The notes: generated by a model from the sequence alone, not told the origin. Counted from the first letter of the stretch, positions 8,268 through 18,213 are shown. The stretch: DNA of 64,000 bases from Candidatus Latescibacterota bacterium (GCA_965207885.1 OZ242311.1:448001-512000); one strand, 5' to 3'. Program-made: numbers and translations.

Positions 8268-8299
8268 AGAGCCTTTCACTTCACACTTCTCACCTCACA

Positions 8300-8331
8300 G
8301 TGAACTGGTCTGAACTGCGACCAGTTGTACA
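8300..8331 (+). repeat. Palindromic repeat, second family, copy 1
   Basis: gtgaactggtctgaactgcgaccagttgtaca; related copy at 55415-55446. Confidence 0.7.
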
Positions 8332-8415
8332 TCGTTTCTCACTTCCCTTCGTGTTGGCAATCGCGTATGTTGGGGGCGAGATCGCGTAATTTTATGTGAA
8401 GCAAAGGAGCGTTTT

Positions 8416-9312
8416 ATGGAATGGAATTTTGAACAGGTGGCGGGTCCGTTTGGTTTTACCGAGGGTCCGGTTTGGGTGGGCGATGCGCTGTTGTTTACAG
8501 ATATGCCGGGGGATCGCGCGATGCGCTACGATCACAGGTCGGGTGTTTGCGATGTGTGGCGCACGGGTACGAATCGAGCGAATGGTCTGACTACTGATGC
8601 AGAGGGTCGGGTCTATGGCGCAGAGGGTACTTTTGATCCGAGTGGTGACGGGTTTGTGGATGGTCCCGGGCGTCGCATTGCGCGTTATGAAAGCGATGGT
8701 TCGACGACGGTGATTTCCGATAATTTTGAGGGCAACCGTTTTAACAGTCCCAATGACCTCGTGGTTGATGCAAAGGGCCGGGTCTGGTTTACAGATCCGA
8801 GATATGGCGATGATAAGTCATGTATGGATATCGGTCACGAGTCGGTGTATCGGGCAGATCCCCAGGACGATGGTTCGTACGCGACTGTGCGGGTGACTTT
8901 TGATACGACAAAGCCCAATGGTCTGATTGTTACGCCCGATATGAAGACCCTGTATGTGGCGCAGAGCGATTATCTTCCCGGGACTGCCCGGGAATTGCGC
9001 GCGTATCCGATTGAAGAAGATGGGTCGCTGGGCGCTTGTGAGGTGCTGCACGATTTTGGTGCCCATCGGGGTATAGACGGTATGAGGCTGGATGAGGATC
9101 TCAATATTGTCGCGAGTGCGGGTTGGCCGGATGGTGGTCCCGGTCCGATGATTTACGTTTTTGCGCCCGACGGAGAGGTGCTCGAAGCACATCCTTTTCC
9201 GATTAATCCGACCAATTGCGCCTTTGGCGATGAAGATTTGCAGTCGCTCTATGTCACGGCTATCGATGGGTATTTGTACCGCGCGCGCACGCATCGAAAG
9301 GGGTTGGGATAG
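8416..9312 (+). CDS. SMP-30/gluconolactonase family protein
   Basis: FTEGPVW, NSPNDLVVD...WFTDP, PNGL and DGM motifs; AAGGAG RBS. Confidence 0.92.
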   Translation: MEWNFEQVAGPFGFTEGPVWVGDALLFTDMPGDRAMRYDHRSGVCDVWRTGTNRANGLTTDAEGRVYGAEGTFDPSGDGFVDGPGRRIARYESDGSTTVISDNFEGNRFNSPNDLVVDAKGRVWFTDPRYGDDKSCMDIGHESVYRADPQDDGSYATVRVTFDTTKPNGLIVTPDMKTLYVAQSDYLPGTARELRAYPIEEDGSLGACEVLHDFGAHRGIDGMRLDEDLNIVASAGWPDGGPGPMIYVFAPDGEVLEAHPFPINPTNCAFGDEDLQSLYVTAIDGYLYRARTHRKGLG

Positions 9313-9313
9313 G

Positions 9314-10279
9314 CTAGTACCACTTTGATTTATCCACGACATTGGTCAGTTCTTCGCCTGCGAGAAAGCGGCGGGCGTTGTCGATGAGTATTTCGTAGCG
9401 TCGCGCGTTTATGTTGCCGGCGTCTCGTACGGCAATGTGGGGGGTCATCAGTACGTTGGGTAAGCCCCACAGCTTGTGGTCGGAGGGCAGTGGCTCTTGT
9501 TCGAATACGTCCAGTCCGGCACCGGCTATTGTGCCGGATTCGATGGCGTTGGCGAGGTCGTCTATTTTGCACACTTTGCCGCGGCCGATGTTGATGAAGT
9601 ACGCCGAGGGTTTCATCAGGGCGAAGCGTCGCGCGTCGAACATGCCTTCGGTTTCGGGTGTGTGTGGGACGGTTGTGATCACAAAGTCCGCGAGTGGCAG
9701 AAGTGTGTCGAGTTCGTCCGGGGTGTGGAATTCGACGTAGGGCAGTTCGTATTCGGGCCGGGGTTCGATGCCGATGACGGTCATTCCCAGTTCGTTGCAC
9801 AGGCGCGCTGTCTCGTGTCCGATGCCGCCCACGCCGTTGATGAGGGCTGTTGCGTCAGCGAGGTCTATGTACGGGGATTTGCGCGCGTTTTTGTCCCATA
9901 TTCTGCGCCGCTGTGCGTCCATGTACCACGGTAGCCCGCGCGCCAATGCGAGCAGGAACATGAGGATGTGGTGGGATATGTGGTCGAAGTATATGCCGCG
10001 GGGATTTGTGATGGTTAGCGGGTGTTGGATCAGTTCTTTGTAGTAGTATCCGAAGAAGGGTCCGGCGTCCGGGTTGTGCAGCCAGGCGAGTTTTTCGGCA
10101 GCGGCGAGTGCATCGGGCGGTATCCAGCCGAATGCGGCGTCGGCGTCGCGTATTGCATCTATGGCTTCTTCGTCGGTTTCGGGCGATAGGATGTCGTATT
10201 CGGGGAGTTCGTCCGACAGGCGGGTGGCGAATGCGCGCTTGAGGTCGTCCTGCGGCGGCATGAATACAAATTTTGGCAT
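9314..10279 (-). CDS. D-2-hydroxyacid dehydrogenase
   Basis: GVGGIG, FINIGRG, AGLDVFEQEPL and TPH motifs; start at MPKFVF (ATG 10279). Confidence 0.92.
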   Translation of the reverse strand: MPKFVFMPPQDDLKRAFATRLSDELPEYDILSPETDEEAIDAIRDADAAFGWIPPDALAAAEKLAWLHNPDAGPFFGYYYKELIQHPLTITNPRGIYFDHISHHILMFLLALARGLPWYMDAQRRRIWDKNARKSPYIDLADATALINGVGGIGHETARLCNELGMTVIGIEPRPEYELPYVEFHTPDELDTLLPLADFVITTVPHTPETEGMFDARRFALMKPSAYFINIGRGKVCKIDDLANAIESGTIAGAGLDVFEQEPLPSDHKLWGLPNVLMTPHIAVRDAGNINARRYEILIDNARRFLAGEELTNVVDKSKWY

Positions 10280-10280
10280 T

Positions 10281-10946
10281 TTAATTCTCCAATCTTGCAG
10301 CCCATTTGATACATCCCGTGATGTGCGCGTGGAACCAGTCTTCGTGCCACAGGGCATCGGGGTGTCCCAGGGCGGTGTACATGACGCGGCCTTTGCCGTA
10401 TTCGTGGCACCAGCCCATGGCGTAGTCGTTATCTTCGCGGTTGCCTTTTTCCAGATCTACGGTTTCGTTGTCGATCCGCATTAAGACATGTGTCTTGTTG
10501 CGGTCGTAATTTTTAAAGGTGTAGATTTCATCTGTTACTCGAAAATAGTCGCCCAGCATTTTTGTCGCGGGGTGATTGGTGTCTTCGACGATGATCCCCA
10601 CTTCATGGTGCCATGGATGGCCGTTGAACCATCCGCCGAGCATTTCGCCGTATTCGGGCCAGTCATAGCAGGTGTCGGTTGCGTTGTGTATGCCGAAGAA
10701 TGATTTGCCGTTGCGGACAAAGTTCAGGATCGCGGTTTTTTGTTCGTCGGTAAAGGGCAGGTTCCCGGTGGTCGCAAATGCGAGGATGTCAAATTTTTCC
10801 AAATTCTCAGCGGAAATGCGGTCCAACCGATGCGTGGTTAAGACACGCCATCCGTTCTCTTTGCCGATTTCTTTCAGAGCCACTTCTGCATCGGGCAAAT
10901 AGCTGTGTTCAAATCCCGCTGAATGCCGCAGGAATAAGATGTTCAT
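10281..10946 (-). CDS. ThuA-domain protein
   Basis: GFEH, GIHNATD, HPW, DEIY and GKGRVMYTALGH motifs. Confidence 0.9.
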   Translation of the reverse strand: MNILFLRHSAGFEHSYLPDAEVALKEIGKENGWRVLTTHRLDRISAENLEKFDILAFATTGNLPFTDEQKTAILNFVRNGKSFFGIHNATDTCYDWPEYGEMLGGWFNGHPWHHEVGIIVEDTNHPATKMLGDYFRVTDEIYTFKNYDRNKTHVLMRIDNETVDLEKGNREDNDYAMGWCHEYGKGRVMYTALGHPDALWHEDWFHAHITGCIKWAARLEN

Positions 10947-10961
10947 GTTTTTCCTTTCTGT

Positions 10962-11720
10962 TTAATAGAGACTCAACAATCCCTCGGCGCCGGGGACGCG
11001 GCGTTTTTCGTATTCTTCAGATATCCATCGCGCATTTGACGGCAGGCCGGGATTGCGATAGGCATATACCACGCACCACCGCGTGTCACTGCTCGGCTGT
11101 CGTGGGTTTACGCCGTGAGCGGCAAATGTCCACATGGCGATTACGGTTCCAGGTGGCATAGAGGGCGCGTGTATCTGGAGGGGTTCACCCGTTATCGGGT
11201 GGGTTTTTCCGCTGAGCCATTGTTCTTGTAATGCTTTGTCTGAGTCAATACGCCCGATTTTTTTGCGGAATAGATGGCTGCCGGGTACGACTTTTAATCC
11301 GCCGTCGTCGGGTTCAAATCCGTTGACATAAAAGAAGATGCGAACAAATCCCAGACTGGGGTCTTCTTCTCCATACCCATGTGTGTGCCAGTGTGTTCCG
11401 CGGTTGCCCCCGGGGCGGTTCAGGCTGACGCAGTGATCATACCGAATATTTTCGCCCAGAATATCTCGCGCCAGTCTGAGCATTTGGGGATGGCCGATTA
11501 AGCTTTCGAGATACCAGTCAAATTCAGCGGCGAACCGATTGGGTTCATGGCCTTCTTCTGCCCGCGGTCTGAGTGACTCAATATAGGATAGGGATTCTGT
11601 CAATTTTTCCTGTGCGTCGTCTTTCAGCAGTCCCGGAAAGGCAATGTGTCCTTCGCGATCCATTTCTTCCCGTTCGGGTTCGCCGAATGTGAAATCGTGA
11701 AAAATGGGTTCCCATTCCAT
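10962..11720 (-). CDS. Phytanoyl-CoA dioxygenase (PhyH) family protein with atypical HxH motif
   Basis: DGGLKVVPGSH, PGTV and distal HG..P...R; WHTH where WHxD is usual. Confidence 0.85.
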   Translation of the reverse strand: MEWEPIFHDFTFGEPEREEMDREGHIAFPGLLKDDAQEKLTESLSYIESLRPRAEEGHEPNRFAAEFDWYLESLIGHPQMLRLARDILGENIRYDHCVSLNRPGGNRGTHWHTHGYGEEDPSLGFVRIFFYVNGFEPDDGGLKVVPGSHLFRKKIGRIDSDKALQEQWLSGKTHPITGEPLQIHAPSMPPGTVIAMWTFAAHGVNPRQPSSDTRWCVVYAYRNPGLPSNARWISEEYEKRRVPGAEGLLSLY

Positions 11721-11735
11721 GATCCGATCCTCATA

Positions 11736-12581
11736 CTATGCTATGGCTTCTTCGCCCAGGTGTTCAGATAGCCATCCACGCAGGGGTACGTCTTCGTCAG
11801 TGGGAGAGGTGAATCCATATCCGCCGGTTGGCGCGTTGCCAAATAATTGTTTGCGGATGGGATCCAATCGGTCCCACCAGTGATCCATCGTTACGTCATC
11901 GCGGGGACGGAACCAGCGATAGCTATATCCGTAAAAGAGTGCCCGACGCGCTTCTGTCCAGTAATTTGCGCTTACCGAGTGCCAGAGTCTGCGATCAAAA
12001 AATACGGCTGTTCCCGGCTTGACGAGCACGGGTATTGCATCTTTGGGTTCAGATGTGCGGTCGCCGTTGGGAAAGTCGTAGTCGTTGATCAAATGGCTGC
12101 CTGGTATAATGTAAAAGTTGCCCCGGCCATCTTCACTGCAGTCCGTTAAAAAGTATGCTACTTTGATTGAGATGCGGGGGCGAGGGTCTGTTTCTAATTC
12201 CTGATTGAGCAGGGCACTGTCTTGATGCCAGCGCAGATTCTTTCCACCACTTCCGTTTGATACCGGGGGGGTGACGTTGAGGTGCGAGTGATAGATTTGC
12301 AAGTTCCAGCTCAAGATATCCCACACTTTTGCGATGGTCCTGGGCCAATCTACCAGTTCGACAAATTCCCAGTCGAGGCCGATGAAGTCTCTGACGCTCA
12401 AGCGCCCGAGTTTATCTATGCCTTGTTTGGGACGCATTTCGGCATCTATGCGATCGATCACGGCGCACAGGCGCGCGACGTGGTCGGGATCGAGAGCATT
12501 TTCGATAATTAAATATCCATCGCGGTCAAACTGCAATCGCTCTTCTTCTGTCAGGCTATGCGATAGACATGAAGCATCCAT
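11736..12581 (-). CDS. PhyH family Fe/2OG dioxygenase
   Basis: FDRDGYL, WHQD, IIPGSH and FFDRRLWH; start at MDASC (ATG 12581). Confidence 0.9.
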   Translation of the reverse strand: MDASCLSHSLTEEERLQFDRDGYLIIENALDPDHVARLCAVIDRIDAEMRPKQGIDKLGRLSVRDFIGLDWEFVELVDWPRTIAKVWDILSWNLQIYHSHLNVTPPVSNGSGGKNLRWHQDSALLNQELETDPRPRISIKVAYFLTDCSEDGRGNFYIIPGSHLINDYDFPNGDRTSEPKDAIPVLVKPGTAVFFDRRLWHSVSANYWTEARRALFYGYSYRWFRPRDDVTMDHWWDRLDPIRKQLFGNAPTGGYGFTSPTDEDVPLRGWLSEHLGEEAIA

Positions 12582-12594
12582 GGTCGTCTCCTTT

Positions 12595-13986
12595 TTAAAA
12601 CGCTTCCCAAAATGTTTTTCCCCATTCGCTTTTCGCATCGTCCCAGTCGTCGCGCCATTTAAAAAGCACTTCTCGCAGGTCAGCTACTTTGCTGGCGTGT
12701 GCTTTATCGTCTGCGAGATTGTGCAGCTCCAGTGGGTCGTTTTCCAGATCGAATAGCTGTGTTGTGCGGCGTCCATTTACGGCGTATTCGATGAGTTTAA
12801 ATCGATTGTCTTTTACCATGCGTTGCCACTCGCGATACGCAGAGAAGAGGGTGTCGCGCACCTGTTCATCGCCGTTGTTGAGTGCGGATACCAGGCTGGT
12901 TCCTTCCACGGAGTCCGGTGTGTTGGTGCCGATTAAGTCGCACAGGGTTGGGAATATATCGTGCAAATACACATAGGCAGATCGTTTTTGTCCCGCGGTT
13001 ACGCCCGGTCCGGAAAATATCAGGGGTACGCGCACGCTGTGTTCGTACATATTCTGTTTGCCGAAAAGCCCGTGCTGTCCTACGGCGAGTCCATTGTCCC
13101 CGGCAAAGACGACGATGGTGTTATCCGCCATTCCGCACGCGCTTATTGTGTCGAGTACGCGTCCCATCTGTGCGTCTAAGTGGGTGATCATGGCATAGTA
13201 TTCGGCAATGTGTTGTCGCACTTTGTAGGGGTCGCGGGGAAAGTCTTCGAGGACTTCATCGCGCACTTTCAAGTCGCCATTGTCAAATGGATGTCCGCCC
13301 ATAAAGTTCTCGGGAAGTGGGGTGTCTTCGGGGTCGTACATGTCGAGATATTTTTGCGGCATTGTGCGCGGGTCGTGGGGCGCCATAAATGAGATGTACA
13401 TAAAGAATGGGTTGTCGGTGTCGTATTTTTCCAGCCAGTCAATTGCGCCTTCGGCAAATAATTCACTGGAGTGTTTGCCCGCGGTTACGTGGTCGCCTCT
13501 TCGTATTTTCAAGGCGTTTGATTGATTGGGGGTCGGACACTGCAGGAGTACGGAGTCGTATTTGCCGGTGGGGTCATGATTAAATGCGGGCACGTTCCAG
13601 TGGTCGTCCATGCCCCCGAAAAAGATCTCTGCGCCGTCTGAAAAGCTGCGCGCAAAAGAAGCGGGTCCATTGTGCCATTTGCCCGTGCCCCAGGTGCGAT
13701 AGCCGTTGGCTTGCAGATGTTCGCCCAGCATTACGTGGTCGTTGGGAATGCCCTGGCCCGCGCCGTCGAGGTGAAAGAGTGTGCGTCCCGTGTGCAACAT
13801 GGCGCGGCTGGGCATGCATATTGCGCCCGATGTTCCGCCGGGTATGTGCGCGTGTGTAAATGTCGTGCCTTCTGCCACGAGGCGATCCAGTACGGGTGTT
13901 TGCACATCTGTATTGCCCAGCGCGCGAATGGTGTCAAATCGCTGGTCGTCGGTGAAAAAGAAGAGGATGTTGGGTTTTTTGCTCAT
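12595..13986 (-). CDS. Sulfatase (formylglycine-dependent, Cys-type)
   Basis: KPNILFFFTDDQR, CMPSR, GKWH and GKQNMYEHSVRVP. Confidence 0.95.
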   Translation of the reverse strand: MSKKPNILFFFTDDQRFDTIRALGNTDVQTPVLDRLVAEGTTFTHAHIPGGTSGAICMPSRAMLHTGRTLFHLDGAGQGIPNDHVMLGEHLQANGYRTWGTGKWHNGPASFARSFSDGAEIFFGGMDDHWNVPAFNHDPTGKYDSVLLQCPTPNQSNALKIRRGDHVTAGKHSSELFAEGAIDWLEKYDTDNPFFMYISFMAPHDPRTMPQKYLDMYDPEDTPLPENFMGGHPFDNGDLKVRDEVLEDFPRDPYKVRQHIAEYYAMITHLDAQMGRVLDTISACGMADNTIVVFAGDNGLAVGQHGLFGKQNMYEHSVRVPLIFSGPGVTAGQKRSAYVYLHDIFPTLCDLIGTNTPDSVEGTSLVSALNNGDEQVRDTLFSAYREWQRMVKDNRFKLIEYAVNGRRTTQLFDLENDPLELHNLADDKAHASKVADLREVLFKWRDDWDDAKSEWGKTFWEAF

Positions 13987-14002
13987 ATTTTCTCCTTAAA
14001 GG

Positions 14003-14075
14003 CGGTGAGATGTGAAAGGTGAGACGTGAGAGGGGGTAGGGCGGTCCTTTCACCTCTTACGACTCACCTCTTACG
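14003..14075. repeat. Inverted pair of heptamer tracts
   Basis: ggtgagatgtgaaaggtgagacgtgaga ... tttcacctcttacgactcacctcttacg. Confidence 0.65.
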
Positions 14076-14227
14076 TGTATCAACTGAGCAATAAACGCTT
14101 CTCTTGCCGCAAAGTCAAGCCTGCAAAATGGTGTCTCCCTTTCTACTTTCTATTCGCCTAATCCAATGCTATATTGTGACAATAACTACCAATTTTAGGG
14201 ACCAGGGGCTGGGGACTGGTTGGGTGG

Positions 14228-14257
14228 GCCCCGTATAAAAGCACTACGGGGCAGGCT
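14228..14257 (+). repeat. 30-nt REP-like hairpin, third family, intergenic copy
   Basis: gccccgta-taaaagcac-tacggggc-aggct; related copy at 18395-18424. Confidence 0.7.
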
Positions 14258-14289
14258 CTCTTCCATCTTACGTCTCACCTTTTGGAGGT

Positions 14290-15390
14290 GTGTCCATGAA
14301 AACAATTTTTTTTGTTCTCTTTGTCATGTTAACGGGCAGTTTGTTTGCCCAACAATCCAATAGAAAGGATTCCAGTATGAAGTATCACATGTACGTCGCT
14401 GTATCTAAAGACAAGAAGCTCTTGCGCTATGATATGGACCCCGATACCGGCGACCTCACGCTTGTTGAAGAACTTCCCGCCAAAGGCGGCATTGGTCCGC
14501 TTTGCACGGATCCGCGACAAAAATATCTCTATGCGGCTTTGCGCCAGTCTAAAGAACTCGTTACCTACAGTATTGATCCCGAAACCGGCGCGCTCGAGCA
14601 TATTGCCACTGCGCCTTTTGATGGTGGCTCTTGTTATATCAGTACGGACAAAACCGGGCGGTATCTTTTTTCTGCGTATTACGGCGAGGGCGCGGTCGCT
14701 ATCAATGCGATTGACAAAGATGGGTCAGTGCTTGCACCACATCGACAGTGGATTCCCACGGATGAACACGCGCATTGTTTTTTTTCCGATCCCTCCAATC
14801 GATACCTGTTTGTACCGCATACGATGCCGGTCAATGCTATTTATCAATTTACCTTTGATGAGACCACAGGTGAGTTGGCGCCTAATGAGGTGGTGAAAGT
14901 CGATGCGGTTTATGGGGAGGGTCCTCGGCATTACGAGTTTCACCCGACTTTAGATGTGGTTTATGTTGCGAATGAAAATGGGTCCAGTGTTACGGTGTAT
15001 GATTTTAACCCGGATAATGGAACGCTTGCGCCCCGCCAAACGCTTTCAACACTGCCAGAGGGGTTTACAGAGCGCAATACCTGCGCCCAAATTCACATTC
15101 ATCCTTCGGGTAATTTTCTGTATATCTCCAATCGCGGGCACAATAGCATCGCGGGCTATGCTGTGCAGGATGATGGTTCTCTCACGTCACTGGGACAAAC
15201 GCCTACGGAACCTATTCCCCGTCCTTTCAATCTCGATCCCGAAGGCAATTTCCTCTTTGCAGCGGGTCAACAGTCAGACAAGATGGCCGGGTATCGGATT
15301 GACACGGAGACGGGCGATCTCACGCCGCTCAAAGTTTATGATGTGGGCGAACAACCGATGTGGATTATGATTCTCAAGCTCGAAAATTAA
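14290..15390 (+). CDS. Lactonase family protein (6-phosphogluconolactonase-like beta-propeller)
   Basis: HAH, GPRH..FHP, SNRGHNSIA and PRPF motifs; possible signal peptide. Confidence 0.9.
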   Translation: MSMKTIFFVLFVMLTGSLFAQQSNRKDSSMKYHMYVAVSKDKKLLRYDMDPDTGDLTLVEELPAKGGIGPLCTDPRQKYLYAALRQSKELVTYSIDPETGALEHIATAPFDGGSCYISTDKTGRYLFSAYYGEGAVAINAIDKDGSVLAPHRQWIPTDEHAHCFFSDPSNRYLFVPHTMPVNAIYQFTFDETTGELAPNEVVKVDAVYGEGPRHYEFHPTLDVVYVANENGSSVTVYDFNPDNGTLAPRQTLSTLPEGFTERNTCAQIHIHPSGNFLYISNRGHNSIAGYAVQDDGSLTSLGQTPTEPIPRPFNLDPEGNFLFAAGQQSDKMAGYRIDTETGDLTPLKVYDVGEQPMWIMILKLEN

Positions 15391-15409
15391 AAGGGGGCGC
15401 GAAGCGAGC

Positions 15410-15471
15410 GGGACGGCACAGGGGCGTCCTACGGTGGTGTTATTTGTAGGGGCGACCCCCTGTGGTCGCCC
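15410..15471. repeat. Inverted pair of GTAG-type REP palindromes (REPIN/BIME-like)
   Basis: GTAG-gggcgacc-ccctgt-ggtcgccc at 15446-15471 on +; gtaggacgcccctgtgccgtccc at 15432-15410 on -. Confidence 0.75.
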
Positions 15472-15484
15472 GGTCGAGGCTGTT

Positions 15485-16867
15485 ATGGAATCGAAATCCT
15501 TCGACAAAATTCTCATTGTTGACGATGACCGCGATGTTCTGGTGGTCGCGCAACTCTTGCTCAAGCAGTATGCCGAACGCGTTGATACCGAGGCGGATCC
15601 CAACCGCATTCCCGGTCTGCTGCAAAATGATACTTATGACGTGATTTTGCTCGATATGAATTTTGAACAGGATGCGACATCGGGCAAAGAGGGGTTTCAC
15701 TGGCTGAGTCGCATTCTGGAGATTGATTCTTCGGCGGTGGTGATTCTCATTACGGCTTATGGCGACGTTGAAACGGCTGTGCAAGCGATCAAAGAGGGTG
15801 CGACAGATTTTGTGCTCAAGCCGTGGCAAAATGAAAAGTTGCTCGCGACCCTTTCTTCTGCTGTGCGGTTGCGGCGGTCGCGGCTCGAAGTCAATCAGTT
15901 GCGCGCCGAACAAGAACAGCTTCGGGCAGATCTCGACGGTCAATTTCCCGATATGGTGGGTACATCGCGGGCCATGAGCGAGGTCTTTGATACGATTCAA
16001 AAAGTGGGGGCTACGGACGCCAATGTGCTCATTTTGGGCGAGAATGGAACCGGGAAAGATGCTGTTGCCCGCGCCCTGCACCGTCGATCTCGGCGTGCGT
16101 CAGAGGCGTTTATCCGCGTTGATCTCGGCGCTGTTTCAGAAAGCCTTTTTGAAAGCGAGCTTTTTGGGCACAAAAAAGGTGCTTTTACAGATGCGAGAGA
16201 AGACCGCGCCGGGCGTTTTGAAATCGCGTCGGGTGGCACGCTTTTTTTGGATGAGATTGGCAATCTCTCATTGCCGCTCCAGGCAAAGCTGCTGACGGCA
16301 CTTGAAAACCGCACGGTTATTCGCCTGGGTACCAACCGACCCATTGATATTGATGTGCGGCTGATCTGCGCGACCAATATGCCGATTCACGATATGGTGG
16401 CCCGCAATGATTTTCGGCAAGATCTTCTGTATCGCATCAATACTGTCGAACTCCATCTGCCGCCTCTGCGCGACCGCCTTGACGATATTCCCCTGCTGGT
16501 TGAGGTGTTTCTCGAGACGTACGGTCAGAAGTACAATAAACCGGGTATTGCCATTCAATCAGCAGCACTTGAGCATCTCAAAAATTACACATGGCCGGGC
16601 AATATCCGCGAATTGCAGCACGCGATTGAGCGGGCTGTGATTATGAACGAAAATGGCATTCTTCAACCGCTGGACTTTCCTCTCAGTGTTTCCGAACCCG
16701 CCGCAGGTGACGATATTCATTTTGACGATTTCAATCTCGAATACGTGGAGAAAACCGTTATTCGCAAAGCGATTGAGAAGCACCGCGGCAATATCAGTCA
16801 CGCAGCGCGTGAACTCGGTCTCACGCGTAGCGCGCTTTACCGCAGGCTCGAAAAGCATGGTTTATAA
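15485..16867 (+). CDS. Sigma54-dependent NtrC-family response regulator
   Basis: REC (ILIVDDD, LLDMN), GENGTGK, ESELFGH, GAFTDA, TLFLDEIG, WPGNIREL, Fis-type HTH; start ATG 15485. Confidence 0.95.
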   Translation: MESKSFDKILIVDDDRDVLVVAQLLLKQYAERVDTEADPNRIPGLLQNDTYDVILLDMNFEQDATSGKEGFHWLSRILEIDSSAVVILITAYGDVETAVQAIKEGATDFVLKPWQNEKLLATLSSAVRLRRSRLEVNQLRAEQEQLRADLDGQFPDMVGTSRAMSEVFDTIQKVGATDANVLILGENGTGKDAVARALHRRSRRASEAFIRVDLGAVSESLFESELFGHKKGAFTDAREDRAGRFEIASGGTLFLDEIGNLSLPLQAKLLTALENRTVIRLGTNRPIDIDVRLICATNMPIHDMVARNDFRQDLLYRINTVELHLPPLRDRLDDIPLLVEVFLETYGQKYNKPGIAIQSAALEHLKNYTWPGNIRELQHAIERAVIMNENGILQPLDFPLSVSEPAAGDDIHFDDFNLEYVEKTVIRKAIEKHRGNISHAARELGLTRSALYRRLEKHGL

Positions 16868-18200
16868 ACACTTTCGCCTGATATGTATTTTGCGCGTGGC
16901 CCTTCTGTGCGTTACCACCTGTCTTTTCTTTTATTGTCTTTTTTTTAGTGAATACTACGCCACGCTTGCTATTATTGGTGCGTGTGTGCTCTATCAGACC
17001 TGGGCACTCATACACTATGTGGAGCGCACGCAGCGCGATCTCACGCGTTTTTTGCAGGCGATTCGCTATGAGGATTTTTCCCAATCTTTTACGGGTGCCG
17101 GGTTGGGGTCGGCGTATAACAATCTCAAGGATGCGTTTAACGAGGTGCTCGAGGCTTTTCGCAAGACGCGCGCAGAGAGAGAAGAGAATTTTCAGTATCT
17201 CCAGACCGTTGTCCAGCATGTGGGCATTGGTCTGATTTGCTATACGCCCGAAGGTCGTATTGAATTGATGAATACGGCGGCGCAACGGCTGCTTCGCAAG
17301 CCCCATATGCGCGATGTGCGCGAATTGGAGGCGGTCAGCAAGGCGTTTTCAGAGGCGCTGCTCAAGCTCCGATCGGGCGATAAAACGCTGGTCAAAATTC
17401 AGGATGAGGACGAACTGCTCCAGATTATCGTCTATGCGACTGAACTGCGGATGCGGGGCGAGTCTTTTATTTTGGCGTCTATTCAAAATATCCAGAGCGA
17501 GCTCGAAGAACAGGAGATGGAGGCGTGGCAAAAGCTGATTCGGGTACTAACTCATGAGATCATGAATTCCATTACGCCCATTTCTTCTCTCACTTCCATC
17601 GTGCGCGATCTTTTGCCCGATTCTGCGCACGCTTCATCGCTTGATCCCGATACGCTACCCGATGTTCACACGGCTCTGGAAACGATTCAGTCGCGCAGCG
17701 AAGGTCTGCTCCATTTTGTCGAGGCTTATCGCCAACTTACACACATATCGCGTCCCGATTTTCAAATTTTTCAGATTTCCGAACTTTTTGCCCGCGTTGT
17801 GTTTCTGATGCAGGGTGAGTGCGATAAGAATAATATTGCTTTGCACACGGGGATTGATCCCAGGACGCTCGAACTTACCGCGGATCCCGATTTCATCGAA
17901 CAGGTGTTGATCAATTTGATGCGGAATGCCGTGCAAGCGCTCGCAGGTCGTTCCAATGCCCGCATGCATCTCTCGGCACAACTCGATGGGCGAGGCCGGG
18001 TTGTTATCCGCGTGCAAGACAATGGGCCAGGTATTTTAGAGGATGTGCAGGAACGGATTTTCATTCCTTTTTTTACTACCAAACGCGATGGGTCGGGTAT
18101 TGGTCTCGCGCTTTCCCGGCAAATTATGCGCGTTCATCGCGGTACGATTAGTGTTCAGTCCAAGCCGGAAGAAGAGACGGCTTTTACTCTGCGGTTTTGA
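16857..18200 (+). CDS. Sensor histidine kinase (NtrY-like), two N-terminal TM helices with very short loop
   Basis: HEIMNSITPI H-box, NLMRNA, DNGPG, FIPFFTTK and GSGIGL; overlaps regulator stop; start ATG 16857. Confidence 0.93.
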   Translation: MVYKHFRLICILRVALLCVTTCLFFYCLFFSEYYATLAIIGACVLYQTWALIHYVERTQRDLTRFLQAIRYEDFSQSFTGAGLGSAYNNLKDAFNEVLEAFRKTRAEREENFQYLQTVVQHVGIGLICYTPEGRIELMNTAAQRLLRKPHMRDVRELEAVSKAFSEALLKLRSGDKTLVKIQDEDELLQIIVYATELRMRGESFILASIQNIQSELEEQEMEAWQKLIRVLTHEIMNSITPISSLTSIVRDLLPDSAHASSLDPDTLPDVHTALETIQSRSEGLLHFVEAYRQLTHISRPDFQIFQISELFARVVFLMQGECDKNNIALHTGIDPRTLELTADPDFIEQVLINLMRNAVQALAGRSNARMHLSAQLDGRGRVVIRVQDNGPGILEDVQERIFIPFFTTKRDGSGIGLALSRQIMRVHRGTISVQSKPEEETAFTLRF

Positions 18201-18213
18201 AGGAAAAATTAAT

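Noticed and set aside
16653-16856. N-terminal extension of the histidine kinase in the ORF track
   Set aside because: Overlaps the regulator HTH; the plausible start is ATG 16857, coupled to the regulator stop.
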